From: Mantamonas sphyraenae STR306 | Lineage: Eukaryota; Protista; CRuMs | DNA: 64,000 bases | NCBI GenBank assembly: GCA_026936335.1 | Contig: JAPMXV010000003.1 | Span: 248,001-312,000 of the forward strand | Reading direction: 5' to 3' | Part shown: positions 33,756 through 45,644 of the stretch, piece by piece | Layout of the letters: each line of letters opens with the position of its first letter | Numbering within the stretch: position 1 is the stretch's first letter | The notes under the pieces: generated by a model | Databases searched by the model: none | What the model saw: the letters and a program-made list of their open reading frames with translations, nothing else | What the model was told of the DNA's origin: nothing | Made by a program: the position numbers and the translations under genes

Positions 33756-34145
33756 TCACTCCCTGTGTTGCCTCATTTCGGAAATGATTTGGTTCTTTTC
33801 AGAGTAGGGCATGTTGGCCACCTGCTCGCCCAGCTGTGCATAGCCGTCGTGGTTCATCCTTGCCCTCACCTCCTGCATCTCCCGCTCCAACTCGGCGTCC
33901 TGCTCGTCCTGCGAATCGTAGCCGGCGTCGTCGTAGGCGTTGTCACCCACACTGGCTCCATCGTCGGCACTGCCTGTGTACAGTAGCACACCCTGGGCCT
34001 CCTGTCGAGCAAGCTGGTTGGCAAAGAAGTCGGCACCGTACGCGGCAATGTTGGAGGGCTGGTCACGCAGCACCTCGCGCGTAAAGTCCTTCAGCAGATG
34101 GGCAAAGCCTGCCGGAATGTCCAGGTCGTCTTGGAAGGTGTCCAT
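33756..34145 (-). CDS. RIIa (PKA docking/dimerisation) domain protein of the Sp17/ropporin/RSP class
   Basis: IPAGFAHLLKDFTREVLRDQPSNIAAYGADFF is a typical RIIa/DD motif. Confidence 0.8.
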   Translation of the reverse strand: MDTFQDDLDIPAGFAHLLKDFTREVLRDQPSNIAAYGADFFANQLARQEAQGVLLYTGSADDGASVGDNAYDDAGYDSQDEQDAELEREMQEVRARMNHDGYAQLGEQVANMPYSEKNQIISEMRQHRE

Positions 34146-34234
34146 GTGTGTGTCGGTGTGTGGATGTGTGTGGATGTGTGTTTGGAGGAGAGTGCGCGGT
34201 GAGGCACAACACCACACCACACACATACACAAAC

Positions 34235-35238
34235 ATGTCCCTGGAAGATCAGTTGTTCAACCTCAAGTTTACGTCGAAACAGTTTGCCAAGCAGAGCAAA
34301 AAGTCGGCCAAGGAGGAAAAGGCAAACAAGCTGAAGGTGAAAAAGGTCAGTCCAAAAGTTCCCACGAGACAAAAACGGTGATGGGCCGTGGGATAAGTTG
34401 CTGGGTGTGCCTCTGGCTGACACGTGCGCGGGGGGCTGTGGGCTGCGTGATGGCGTGGAATGTGTGTGTGTGTGTTGGGCATGGGACGTATGGATTGGCT
34501 CGTGTGGACGGTGTGTCACAGGCTATGGAGGCGGGAAACACAGAAGGTGAGTGGAACCAGGGCAATGGGATTTCTCACCGCACACCACTTACACACCCGG
34601 TGGCACAGGCGCTCGCATCTACGCAGAGAACGCAATCCGCTGTAAGAACCAGAGCATCAACTATCTGCGTCTGAGCAGCAGGGTGGACGCCGTGGCGTCG
34701 CGTTTGGACGCAGCAATCAAAATGAACAAGGTACGCGAGAGAGAGTGGGTGGGTGGGTGGGTGGGTGGGTGGGGTGGGGATGTGTGACGGTAGGGGGGAG
34801 GGTGTGGCTTACATGGACACACACACACACACACACTATCACCCACAGATCACACGCACCATGGGGGGCATTGTAAAGACGATGGACAACGCCATGAGCA
34901 GCATGGACTTGGAGAAGATCTCCACCACGCTGGATAAGTTTGAGGAGCAATTTGAGGACTTGGATGTGCAGTCGCAGTACGTCAGCAATGCCATGGGTGG
35001 ATCCATGGCCATGAGCACACCGGACGACGAGGTGGACGCGTTGATTTCCCAGGTTGCCGACGAGTATGACATCGAACTGGACAACAAGCTGGACATTGAC
35101 ATTGGTGGTAAGGAGGTTGTGTCGGAGAAGCAGACAGAGGAGGAGATTTCATCGTCCTCGTCGTCCTCGTCGGGCGGCAAGAAGAAGTCGGAGGACGATC
35201 TGCTGGCCAGGTTGGAGGCGCTCAAGACAAAGAGCTGA
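34235..35238 (+). CDS. CHMP1: ESCRT-III subunit CHMP1/Did2/Vps46; 4 exons
   Basis: [15 protein letters not shown]|AMEAGNTEG|[47 protein letters not shown]; C-terminal [14 protein letters not shown]. Confidence 0.95.
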
Positions 35239-35402
35239 GTCGGCGAGATGGAAATGAAAGAACTCATTCCTCGCCATCAAGCATTCCTCGCCAAGTTGCG
35301 ACACCACCAACAACACCCCATCTCGATGCTTTGCATAAATTTTGATTCACGTCAAAATCCACAGAACCACATCGGCAACCACATTCTCGTGTCAATCAAA
35401 AA

Positions 35403-38400
35403 TTACCCTTTACTTTTGCGTTCCTGCGCAAGGCGCATCTCCAAGTCTGCAATACGCCCTTCCAGCCTCTTGATCTCCTGTGTTGCGTCCACATTCTTTG
35501 TGCTCTGCTGCACAATCGTCTTGACACGCCGCGCAAAGTTCAGCGAGGCCAGCGTTTCCTGCGCGTGCTCCGCCGCAGGATTCACGTTGACAATCATCAT
35601 CGTCTTTGCGTTTCCACCCAGCGACGAGGACAACAGCTGCGTGAGCGTCGAGTTGCGATACGGCACATACCCTTGCCGCTCACTCAGCGCCTGGATGACA
35701 TCTCCCAGTGCGCTCAGGGACTGGTTGATGCTGAACGCCTCCTTGGCACGCTCGCCCTTGGCACCGCTCTTTTCCACCCGCTCCGACCCAGCCAGATCCA
35801 CCAGAGTCAACTTGGCCGTGGACACTGCCTGTGTGACCTGATTGACGCCTCGCACGTGCACAATCACCAGCATGTGCGACCGACTGCTGTGCAGGTTCAT
35901 GTCTGTGCTACCCACCGCCCTGTTCTGCGACGCAATGTCCATGTACGTGCGCACCTGTTCCAACGAGTGCACCGTGTGTTCGATGGCTCCCTGCACCCAC
36001 ACCCCGCCCTCCTTGCTGTTCTTGATGGGCAGACCCGTCTTGGCGCTGTAGTAGTCGTCACCACCACCACCACCACCGCCACCGCCATTGCTGCTGCTCT
36101 CCCCACCCTCCTCTGTGTCTGCCTGCAAGTCAAACACCTTGTCCATGTAGATCTCCAACACCTGCAGGCTGAACGTGTAGCGCACCTGATCACGCATCGC
36201 CTGTGCCGTGTCAAACAACAGCTCCAGGGCACGCAGATTCACTCCAGGATTGTCCTCGGGTCCTTCCATGGTGAATGTCTTGCCACTGCCCGTCTGTCCA
36301 TACGCAAAGATGCACACGTCGTAGCCGTCCAAGACCCCACTCGTCACCAGCGGTTGCACCTCTTCAAACACCTCCTCCTGCTGTGTGCGCGGTTCAAACA
36401 CACGCGAGAACACAAAGCGTTTGGTGGTGCCCGTGTGCATGTTGTCCACCTCCATGGTATCCTCCTGCGGATACCCAATGCAGTACCCTCCCAACTCGGC
36501 ATACTCATCGTCCCTCAACGGACGCACCCTACACAACACCCGAATGTTGCCTTTGATCTCCTGCAGCTCATTAAACAGCTTGCGTCGACGCACGACCTCC
36601 TTCCGATACTTGTCTGCCGCCCTCGTCAACAACACCTCCTGTGCCACTGCTGCCTCACTCTGTTTCTCCCCAGCCATGGCCATCATGCCCACCATCTCTC
36701 CATGCCATCGCACACTCTCCTCACGCAGTGCCTTGCATGCCATGCGCAGGGTACGCACCTCCTGCTGAGCCTTCTGCCACCCTGCCACAGCTTCGCTGTC
36801 CAACGACCCCTTCCCCACTCCCGCACCACTCCTCTCTTCCATCATCAATGCCTCCATCTGTGCCGCCTGTTCCTGAAGCTTGCTGCGTTGCCTCTTGGCC
36901 ACTGCCTTGAGCTTGTTGAATTTGCTCACCAGTTCGTCGTACTCCTCGTCCCCCACAGGCATTGTTGTCGTCCCCTCTCCCCCCTCTCCCCCCTCTACCC
37001 CCTCCTCGTTACTGCCCACCGCCTTTCCATGGCTGCCCTTGGCACGCACCACATCCTGCATGAGCTGTCGTCGCTCCTCCTGCCACCGTCGCTCCTTCTC
37101 CTCCAACTGTGCCACCAGGGCTTCGTTCTCCTCCACCACACTCCTGTTTGCACTGTGGCTTGCCTTGAGCTTCTCCTGCACACTTTTGTACTGTTTGGCC
37201 AGTCGTTTGATCCCTGTGCGCAGTTTCTCCCTCTCCTCCACCAGTTGCGACTTGGTTTCATCCGCCGCACTCTCCTTGCTCTCTGCCTCCTTCTTCAACT
37301 TGTGTGCCTTCTTGGCCACCATTTTCAGTTTCGCCTGCGTCTCCTCCAGCCTGTGTTGCACCTCTGCCATCTGTTGCCTTGTCTCCTGGTGCTGGGACGC
37401 CTCTGCGTGCAGTTGTGCGTTCACCTCCACCAACTCCACCCCAAAGTCTGCTCCCAACAGTGCATCCACTGCAGGTCTCACTGCTGCCACAAACTCACTG
37501 TCTGCCTTCTCCTCTGCCTCTGTCGATTCCGCCTGCAGTCTGGCCACCGTGTGTTCCAACGTTGCCCTCTGTGCCGCTGTCTGTTGCTTCACCAACATAC
37601 TCTGTGTGCTGATCATCAATCGCATGTTCTCATGCACCTCTTCCAATCGCTTGTGCTTCTCCTTCCACGCCCTCACCTCTTCCCGTGCCTCTTTCGCCTC
37701 GGCGTGCAGTTCGTCCACCGTGGCTTGCCTCAGTGTCACGTACACCGCCTCCCTCCCATCCTCCTCCTCCTCCTCCTCCATCTGTCCCTCTTTGCCCATG
37801 AGAATCCTTCGAATGGCCTCGTCCTGCATCGCATCCTCATCCCCATCCTCAAACTCATCATCCTGCCCCATCCCATTGTCCGCCGTTGTGTCCTCCCCCA
37901 CCACAAACCTCCCTCCCTGCATGCCATCCCTTCCCTTGCCCTTGACCCCACTCTGGTTATGACTGTGACTGCCCATGTTCTGTTTGGTGCTGCTCAGCAT
38001 TGCCCACACGTCCTCCTCGTCGCTGTCCGAGTCCCACAAGTCTTCCAGATCCAGTTCCGCCGCAACGTCCGCGTCCACTTCGCCCTCCTCTACGCCCGTG
38101 TAGCGACCCCTGCATGTGTCAGCACTCTGTCTCTTCCACCCCCGCATGCTCCCATCGTCCACCTCCCACCATGTGTCTCTCTCACACTCACCAAAGCCCA
38201 TTGCCTGCATGCGCTTGGCAATCTCCTGGCTGCGCGCCTCTTGTGTCTTTACCACTGGCGCGCTTTTCCCGCGTGTGCTTCGCCGCGGCACTGCAATTGT
38301 GTTTTCCACCACTTCCAAATGGTTAAACAGCTTGCTCGACAGTGGACTCTGCCCTGTCAGGATATCTTCTGTCCTCGTCTGGGCTGTGTACTGTCCCATT

Positions 38401-38595
38401 GTGTCAACCACCATCCCCCACTACTCAATCCCCCCCTCCGTTCTCCTCCCACAACTCTCCCTCTCCCCCTCCCACACATACCACCGGTTCACTATACATG
38501 GCACTCTCGTCCTCCGTTGGCTCTCCATCCTCCCCATCCTTGCCCCGCTTCCCGTGGCGTTTGAACAACGACGACATCCCGTTTGGCTCCGCCAT
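35403..38595 (-). CDS. Kinesin-14 (C-terminal motor, KIFC3/KCBP-like) with a long coiled coil; 5' exon uncertain
   Basis: RRKLFNELQEIKGNIRVLCRVRP neck, P-loop FAYGQTGSGKTFTM, NLHSSRSH, LVDLAGSER, VPYRNSTLT. Confidence 0.93.
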
Positions 38596-38634
38596 CGCAT
38601 CCACCCCAAATTCACCCCAAACACACATCCACAC

Positions 38635-39806
38635 ATGAGCCGTCGCTACGACCGCAGGACGACCACATTCAGCCCAGACGGTATGTTGTACCCACATTCC
38701 ATGTGCTCCCTTCCCTCCTGTGGCCTCCCCGTTTTTCCTGTGTGCCTGAGCGAGGCAGGGAGGGTCGCCGCTGCCTGTGGCTCCGTTTGCCCTTCCACAC
38801 GCTCCTTCGGCCTTGTACGACAGCCCATGCTACCACACAGGCACGCGTGTGCATTCCTGTGTCCCTGCACGGCACTGTGGCGAGGAGGAGGGCATCGGGT
38901 GTTGTCGCGCGGTCGCTGGCCGGAAGGCAAAAAGGCGGAAATGGAAGCCGCCTCGCCGCCCTCCCGTTGGCCGTGCCGCAGGAACGGGGACGGTGGAGGG
39001 TGGAAGGAGATGAGATGTGGTATGAATGGTGTGTGGCTGACACGTGTGTGCGTGTGTGTATGGCGTGTGTGTGCGATGACGTGTGCTGCGCAGGCCGTTT
39101 GTTCCAGGTGGAGTACGCCATGAACGCCATCGGGCAGGCGCCTGCCGCCCTGGGCATCCTGAGCAAGGAGGGCGTGGTGCTTGTGGGACAAAAGCACGAG
39201 GACAGCAAACTGTTGGACAAGAAGGAGCTGAGTGACAAGATGTACCAGCTGGACGACCACATTGCGTGCACGGTGGCAGGGTTGACGTCGGATGCCAACA
39301 TCCTGATCCAGAAGGCACGTGTGATGGCCCAACAGTACACCTACTCGTACCAGGAACCCATCCCTGTGGAGCAGCTTGTGCAACGGGTGTGTGACAGCAA
39401 GCACGGCTACACCCAGTTTGGTGGCCTGCGTCCCTTTGGCGTCTCCTTCCTCTATGCTGGCTATGATCGCCACTACAACTTCCAACTGTACCTGAGTGAT
39501 CCCTCGGGCAACTACGGTGGCTGGAAGGCAGTGGCCATTGGGTCCAACAACGCACAGGCCCAGTCCATTCTCAAGGATCGCTACGACGAGGACTGCTCCC
39601 TGGACGAGGCCATCCAGCTGGGCATCCGTGTCATGAAGAAGAGCATGGACACCACTCAACTCAGCAGCAGCAAGCTGGAAATGTGCAGTGTCACCAAGGA
39701 TGACGACGGCAAGGTCGTCTACGAGCTCTTTGACGCCGACAAGGTCGACAGTCTCATTGAGGCCTTCAACGAGGCCACCAAGGACGAGGTTGAGGACGAC
39801 GCTTGA
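38635..39806 (+). CDS. PSMA4: 20S proteasome subunit alpha-3 (PSMA4/Pre9); intron 38681-39093
   Basis: MSRRYDRRTTTFSPDG|RLFQVEYAM, YTQFGGLRPFGVSFLYAGYD, SDPSGNYGGWKA. Confidence 0.96.
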
Positions 39807-40014
39807 TCAATGCATCGTCAAGGAGCAGCGCAGGGGAGAGAGAGAGAGAGCATGTGGACAAGGTGCCACACACACACACACAAACACACACACAATCAAA
39901 ACAAAAGGGACTCATTTCTGCAGCCACACCCACAACAACAACAACGACGACGAACAAGGTGACATTGCACTCAATTCAATGATGACAAGGGTCTGCATTG
40001 CGTCAGGCACCAAA

Positions 40015-41201
40015 TCAGTTCATGGTGTGGATCATCTTGGTGATGTACTCCTCACGGTTACCGTAGTCACCGCCCTCGATGAAGTGACGGCGCTTGGCAG
40101 TGTAGCCGCCCTTGGGGCTGGACAGCTTGAAGGGCCACAGGAAGGAGTTGGCCTTCTTGAAGTTGGGGCCCACGGTGAAGATCTCGTGGATGAGGTCCTC
40201 AATGCAGATGATATCGTACTTGCCCAGCTCCTGCTCAATGATGGCGTTGTGGGTGAGAGGCACACGGCGGCCGTTGACCTTGCCGTGACCGCGCTTGTAG
40301 ATCAGCTCACGCACAGCCTTCAGGGACGGGTAGCCATAGGCAATGTACGGCTCGACGGCACGCAGCATGTTGATGGTGGGGCCGTTGAGACGGATGAACA
40401 CGCCGTTGTGGATCTGGCGCAGACGCAGCAGCTGAAGGATCTTTCGGACCTTGGGTGCCACAGCGTTAATACTGTGAGGAGCACACGTGGTGTCAGCCAT
40501 GGTTGTCCCTACACTCACTCCATTGGTCGCGTTTGCATGTGTCCTGCAAGCCTGTGCCGAGGACACGAGGCGTTGCAAACGGGGTGGACGAAAAAATGGG
40601 CTTGCGCAAAGCACAGCGTGTGCTTGCAGCGCCTCGTACGCAGCACACAGGACCCATCCAAAGCCATCCCACCGCGCATGCGTATGCAGCATGTGTGCAG
40701 AAGCACATGCGGGTGTGGATGAGAGTGGATGAGGTCTGTGTGGCGGACTGGGGTGGGAAAAGGCACTTGCAGGCGGTGCGCATGCGCAGCATGGCGCAGA
40801 ATGCGGCGCGGTACAGACGCATGCGAGGTGGTGGAGAGAGAGAGATGGGGCGTACGGGTGGAGGGGAGTGTGTGGAGGGCATGTGTGTGCCAACGGCATG
40901 TGTGTACTTACCCCCGGATGCGAATGACAAAGACGAGCTTGGCCTCGTCGGGAACGTAGAAGTTGCCCGAAGCCTTGGCGGTGCGTCGGAGACGAGCCTC
41001 GTTCTTCTCTGCGGCACGGTACTCAGCCACATACTTCTGGGCACGCTTGAAGATCACCTTGCGCGTCTGCTTGCGCTGGGCACGCAGCAGGGCGCTGGCT
41101 TCCTGGGCCTTTTGTGCATTCTCCTCGGCGGTGCGGCGCTTCTTCAGCACCGACTCCGGCACGTAATACTGGCGCTCCTTAGTGGGGTTGGTGACCGACA
41201 T
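40015..41201 (-). CDS. RPL7: 60S ribosomal protein L7 (uL30); intron 40472-40911
   Basis: [27 protein letters not shown]|[54 protein letters not shown]. Confidence 0.97.
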
Positions 41202-41528
41202 CTGTGCAAGGTTGGGGGTTCTGGTTTGGGTTTTTGGATTTGGCTGACTTGGTGGGCGCACTCCTCGCGCCGCCCTCCTTATCCGCCGCGTCGCCGTCCC
41301 TCTTTCCCACACCCTCCCGTCATGCACATGGCCGCCTGCGTCGCCTCATGCCCACAGAGTGTGCCATGGCTGCGTCTGCCCCTCCCTCACAGTCGCACAC
41401 ACACACACAGCGAGCGCAGGACGCGCAGAGAGAGGAGAGAGAGGTGGAAGAAAGGATTTTTGATTTTTCTGCATTGGACCAGCACACAAACGTGCCTCAT
41501 TCAGCGTCGACGACGTCCAACAGGCTGT

Positions 41529-42508
41529 TTATGCCTTGACGGCGTACTTGCGGGGCTGGAAGTGCTGCTGCACCTTGCGCTGCTTCAGGGTCATGCGCGA
41601 GGCCTCAAACGGGTTGAGGCGGCGGCGGATGGCGCGGGTCTTCTTGGAGCGCAGCTGCTTGGGCACGTACTTCTTGCCCAGGTTGTAGCCACGCAGGTTG
41701 TTCAGCTTGTTGCTGTTGATCACAGTGAGCAGACGAGCAACATCCTTGCGCAGAACGGGACTGTGGGACACGCAGGCAGGGCAACGGCGCAGTATGAGCG
41801 TCAGCAGAGTGCGTGGGTTGCGTGTGCCAAGAGGCATTTCCAGCCCACACCAAAAACGGAATCACAAAACGGGGCCTCACACACGCCCATGGCCTTGTGC
41901 AGAGCATTGGACGCGTGTGTACCCTTGCCACACATGCGCACCATGCAAACTTACAGACGGGACATCTTGCTGGCAGAGCCACCAGTGACCTTGGCCCTCT
42001 TGTGGGCGGCAAGCTCCTTCTTGTACTCCTTCAGCATCTGCATCAGGTCGGTCTTGCTCTTCAGGCGCAGTTCATAACACTTAAGCTTGGCTGTGGGGTG
42101 TGCATGTGTGTCAGCCACCTGCTGCTCGCCGTCTCATCGCCTCTCGTCGTCTCCTTCCCCTGCTGCGTGCGACGCAACCTGCACCTGGGCCTCGCATGCG
42201 AAAAAAAAACCGCATGCGCTCAGCCACACACAGGCCCCTCACACCTCGCCACGGCACCGACACCTCATGCACGGGTGTGCATATGCTGTACAAGCCACCG
42301 TGGCGTGGCCGAGTGCACACGTTCCATTCTGTGCGGCTCTGTGTGGCGCAGGAGGGCCAGGAAACCGTGGTCGATTGGCAGGGGTCTCCAGGCCGTGGCC
42401 CTGGCACAGACGACACAGACATGGACACGGCGTACGCACGCGTGCAATGGATTCTGTGTGTGACCCAATGTGCATCTGTGTGGGGTGGGGATTGTATCAC
42501 GTACTCAT
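41529..42508 (-). CDS. RPL35: 60S ribosomal protein L35 (uL29); introns 42091-42504 and 41761-41954
   Basis: ATG A|CC gives MTKLKCYELRLKSK..AKVTGGSASKMSRL|PVLRKDVARLLTVIN..PKQLRSKKTRAIRRRL..PRKYAVKA. Confidence 0.95.
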
Positions 42509-42712
42509 TGTGACGGGGTGGTTCGGCTGGGCAGGCAGGCGCAGGCAGAACGGTCCCCGATTTGAGATGGGTCGCAATTGCATGCACATGCGCATCGTTG
42601 TTCCGTGCGATGGCGTCCATGGTGGCATGTTGGGGCATATGTGGCATCCGAGTCGATGGGGGGTTGGCACAGGCAATGCGCAGGGAGATGCAAGTCAAAG
42701 TGCGACCACGAA

Positions 42713-43579
42713 ATGTTCACTCGCTCCGTTAGCAAAAACACAGTGGGACCCATGGTGGCCCATGCACGCATGATGAGCACCACAAGCTCGGCCAATGGCA
42801 TTATGGGCCATGACAAGCTGAAGGAGGTGTTGAATGGGCTGGGTTGGAAGGTGGACGTGGTGTCGTCAGCAACCCTCGCCAACGCGGACGACACGAAACT
42901 CTCCGAAACGGGGTTGACCTCCGCCCAGCTTAAATTGGACCTTGTGGACACAACCGCCAACGGCCTCCTCAAGTGTGTCGATGGACGCCCCGCAGTGAGT
43001 GACTCCACGGCTGGTCCGGGTCCCAAGCTGCTGGGCGGAGTGTTTGCGCTGGCGTCGATGCGCGGTGTCACCGAGCTCGACGGCCTGGGGGCCGTGGTCG
43101 AAGAGATCCTGGCCAAAGGATACACGCCTTCGGTGCACTACGATGAAGTGGGCTTCAAGGCGGCCGAAGAACACAAGGGCCACACGCATCATCTCAACTG
43201 CGGCTGCGGCTTCTGGGACCAGCTGTGGACGGCAGGGAGGCTGCCCGACGTCAAGCCACCGGCGTACACGTTTGAGGAGGCCAAGGAGGTGGTGATCAAT
43301 GCAGGCGGTGTGGTGGAGACCATGCTGGGCAGGCTGGTGCCGCGAGCAGTGGTGATCAACTACGTGCCAAACACCACCATCGATGCCAGCGTCCATGTCC
43401 CTCTGGACGGTGACTATGAGGACCCCAACAACGGTCCCTTCCAACGCTTCGTCAGTGACGTGTGGGCCATCGAGCAGTTTGGCTTGGATGATTCCTACCT
43501 CACCGCCTCCGCCGTCACCGCTGCCCAGCTGTGGCCCATCAAGACCGAGAAACCCAGTGCCGTGATCATTGTGGAATGA
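42713..43579 (+). CDS. Zeta-class (CDCA1/cadmium-type) carbonic anhydrase, single repeat, with a probable mitochondrial presequence
   Basis: LKCVDGR, GPKLLGGVFALASMRGVTELDGL, KGYTPSVH, GCGF, NAGGVVE, QRFVSDVWAIEQFGLD follow the diatom CDCA1 repeat (LKCVDGR..GPKMPGGIYAIAHNRGVTTLEGL..KGHVPSVH..GCGF..NAGGVIE..QRFIVDGWAAGKFGLD). Confidence 0.88.
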   Translation: MFTRSVSKNTVGPMVAHARMMSTTSSANGIMGHDKLKEVLNGLGWKVDVVSSATLANADDTKLSETGLTSAQLKLDLVDTTANGLLKCVDGRPAVSDSTAGPGPKLLGGVFALASMRGVTELDGLGAVVEEILAKGYTPSVHYDEVGFKAAEEHKGHTHHLNCGCGFWDQLWTAGRLPDVKPPAYTFEEAKEVVINAGGVVETMLGRLVPRAVVINYVPNTTIDASVHVPLDGDYEDPNNGPFQRFVSDVWAIEQFGLDDSYLTASAVTAAQLWPIKTEKPSAVIIVE

Positions 43580-43649
43580 AGGAGTGTTGTGGTATGGATC
43601 CACGATTATTTGGGGGCATGCCCCCTGGGGCATCCATCCCAACAAAACA

Positions 43650-44902
43650 ATGTTTGTGCGTCAACGAACAGCCAGGCTTGCGCACCGCCTCCAGGTGACG
43701 ACTGTGGGCAGCATGGTGGCACGTCACACGCGTCACATGCTCCACGGTGGTGGTTTTGGTGCCACTGGCAGCCATGGCATGCAATACAGTGTGGCATCCT
43801 CCACACAGAGGACCCGGAACCAGGCCTTGGTGACAAGTGCTGTGAGGCAGCACGTCTCTCCACTTGTGACGGGCAACAGCCAGACCACACATGGCATTGT
43901 CACACGTGTGGGCCATGTCCATGCACGTGGTGTCACCACAAACTCAATCAGTAACGCTACGGTGCGTCCGGAGACCAAATATCGCAGTCCCGTCACTCTT
44001 TCCACCCCCCCTTGCTCACACACCACACACACACATGCCCATCCACTCACTGCAGCGCAACTGGGCACCGTGGGCAGCCTTGGCCACGTTTGTGGGCGTG
44101 GGTTACGTCGTACGCGAACAGTATCTGGAATTCAAGGATGGTGAGTGTGCGGGTGTGTGCGGGTGGATGCGGAAAGATCACCGAACTGGGGCTGACACGC
44201 AACACACACCCGCAGCGGTGATGACCAAGAACCAGGGAGATGTGTTGTCTGTGGGAAAGGCGTCCATTGGAGGACCGTTTACTCTGGTGGACCAGGATGG
44301 CAACACGGTGACGGAGAAAGATGTGCGTGAGGAAGCAGCTTCCGAACCCAATCCACACACCACACAGCCACGCTGACACACCCTGGGCCACCCTTTTCCA
44401 TGCACAGTTCCGTGGCAAGTTTATGCTGATCTACTTTGGATTCACCCACTGTCCGGACGTGTGTCCCACGGAGCTGGAGAAGATGCACGATGCCCTGAAG
44501 GCCCTGGAGAAGCTGCCCGAGGTGCGAGCACGCATCCAGCCCGTGTTTGTGTCTGTGGACCACAAGAGAGACACCCCAGCGGTGATCAAGGAGTACATCA
44601 AGGAGTTTGGCATCGAGGACATTGTGAGTCTCACCGGGTCGCCCGAACAGATCGAACAGGTCACCAAGGCCTACCGTGTGTTCTTCTCCCGTTCCGACGA
44701 TGGCAACGAAGAGAGCGAAGACTACCTGATCGACCACAGCATCTTCACCTACCTCATGGGTCCCGATGGATCCTTCAAACACATCTTTGGTGTCAACATG
44801 GAAGCAGAGGCCATGGCTGCCACCATCACCCAGTCGGTCCTTGTCGACTTGCATGCAAATGCCTCCAATGGCTCCAACCCAGCCAAGGATGACGATGAAT
44901 AG
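43650..44902 (+). CDS. SCO1: SCO1/SCO2 mitochondrial copper chaperone for cytochrome c oxidase; 4 exons
   Basis: Arg/Ser/Thr-rich presequence, one TM helix, IGGPFTLVDQDG, YFGFTHCPDVCPTEL, DYLIDHSIFTYLMGPDG. Confidence 0.95.
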
Positions 44903-44951
44903 CAGCAGCAGATGGCAATGACCCTTGCATTTCCCCCTCAAACTCCCCTCT

Positions 44952-45569
44952 TCACAGTTCCTCTGTGCCCTCTTCCCACTCAAAGGCCCCCTTCTTGACC
45001 TGTTGCTTCTCCAGCAGATCCAACAGCTCCTCTGGGTCATCCGACACCACGTACAGCTCCGTGTGCTCGTCGCGAAGGAACCCGGCCTTGTTTGCGTTTT
45101 CAATCATGGCCAGCAGAGGGTCCCAATACCCATTGACGTTGTACAATCCAATGGGAGACGTGTGGATGCCAATTTGAGCCCATGTGATGCTCTCCAGAAG
45201 CTCCTCCATGGTGCCAAAGCCGCCGGGCACAGCGATGAAGGCGTCCGCCTTGTCGCACATGAGCTTCTTGCGCTCGTGCATGGTGGCCACCACGATTTCG
45301 TCACCCACCACATCCTTCATGACCCAGTCTTGCGTCATTGCCTTGGGGATGATGCCCAGTACCTTGGCCCCTCCGGCGTCTACGGCACGTGCCAGTTTGC
45401 CCATCAGACCAATGCCTCCGCCGCCGTACACCAGACCGATGCCCCGTTTGGCCATGGCCGTGCCCAGGGCCTCTGTCTTTTCAGCAAACACGTCGTCCTT
45501 GGGTGTGGAGGATCCCAGGTAGACGCAAATGTTGCTGATGTTGTTGGTGGTGCTTTCGCTCTCGCTCAT
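44952..45569 (-). CDS. LOG-family nucleotide/cytokinin riboside 5'-monophosphate phosphoribohydrolase
   Basis: ICVYLGSS, LVYGGGGIGLMG, MHERKKLM, PGGFGTMEELLE, QIGIH..PIGLYNVNGYWDPL. Confidence 0.92.
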   Translation of the reverse strand: MSESESTTNNISNICVYLGSSTPKDDVFAEKTEALGTAMAKRGIGLVYGGGGIGLMGKLARAVDAGGAKVLGIIPKAMTQDWVMKDVVGDEIVVATMHERKKLMCDKADAFIAVPGGFGTMEELLESITWAQIGIHTSPIGLYNVNGYWDPLLAMIENANKAGFLRDEHTELYVVSDDPEELLDLLEKQQVKKGAFEWEEGTEEL

Positions 45570-45644
45570 ACTTGTTTCAGGTGTATGCGCAGGCGTGTCC
45601 AACACACACTCTCGTCACAGACAGAGACTTCACTGGTGTGGGAC

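Noticed and set aside
44952-45569. LOG gene as evidence of cytokinin signalling
   Set aside because: LOG homologues are widespread nucleotide phosphoribohydrolases, and no isopentenyltransferase or receptor gene is nearby.
44925-45644. N-terminal 240 codons of the 1277-aa ORF
   Set aside because: Antisense shadow of the LOG gene beginning at a non-ATG codon; the plausible start is ATG 45645.
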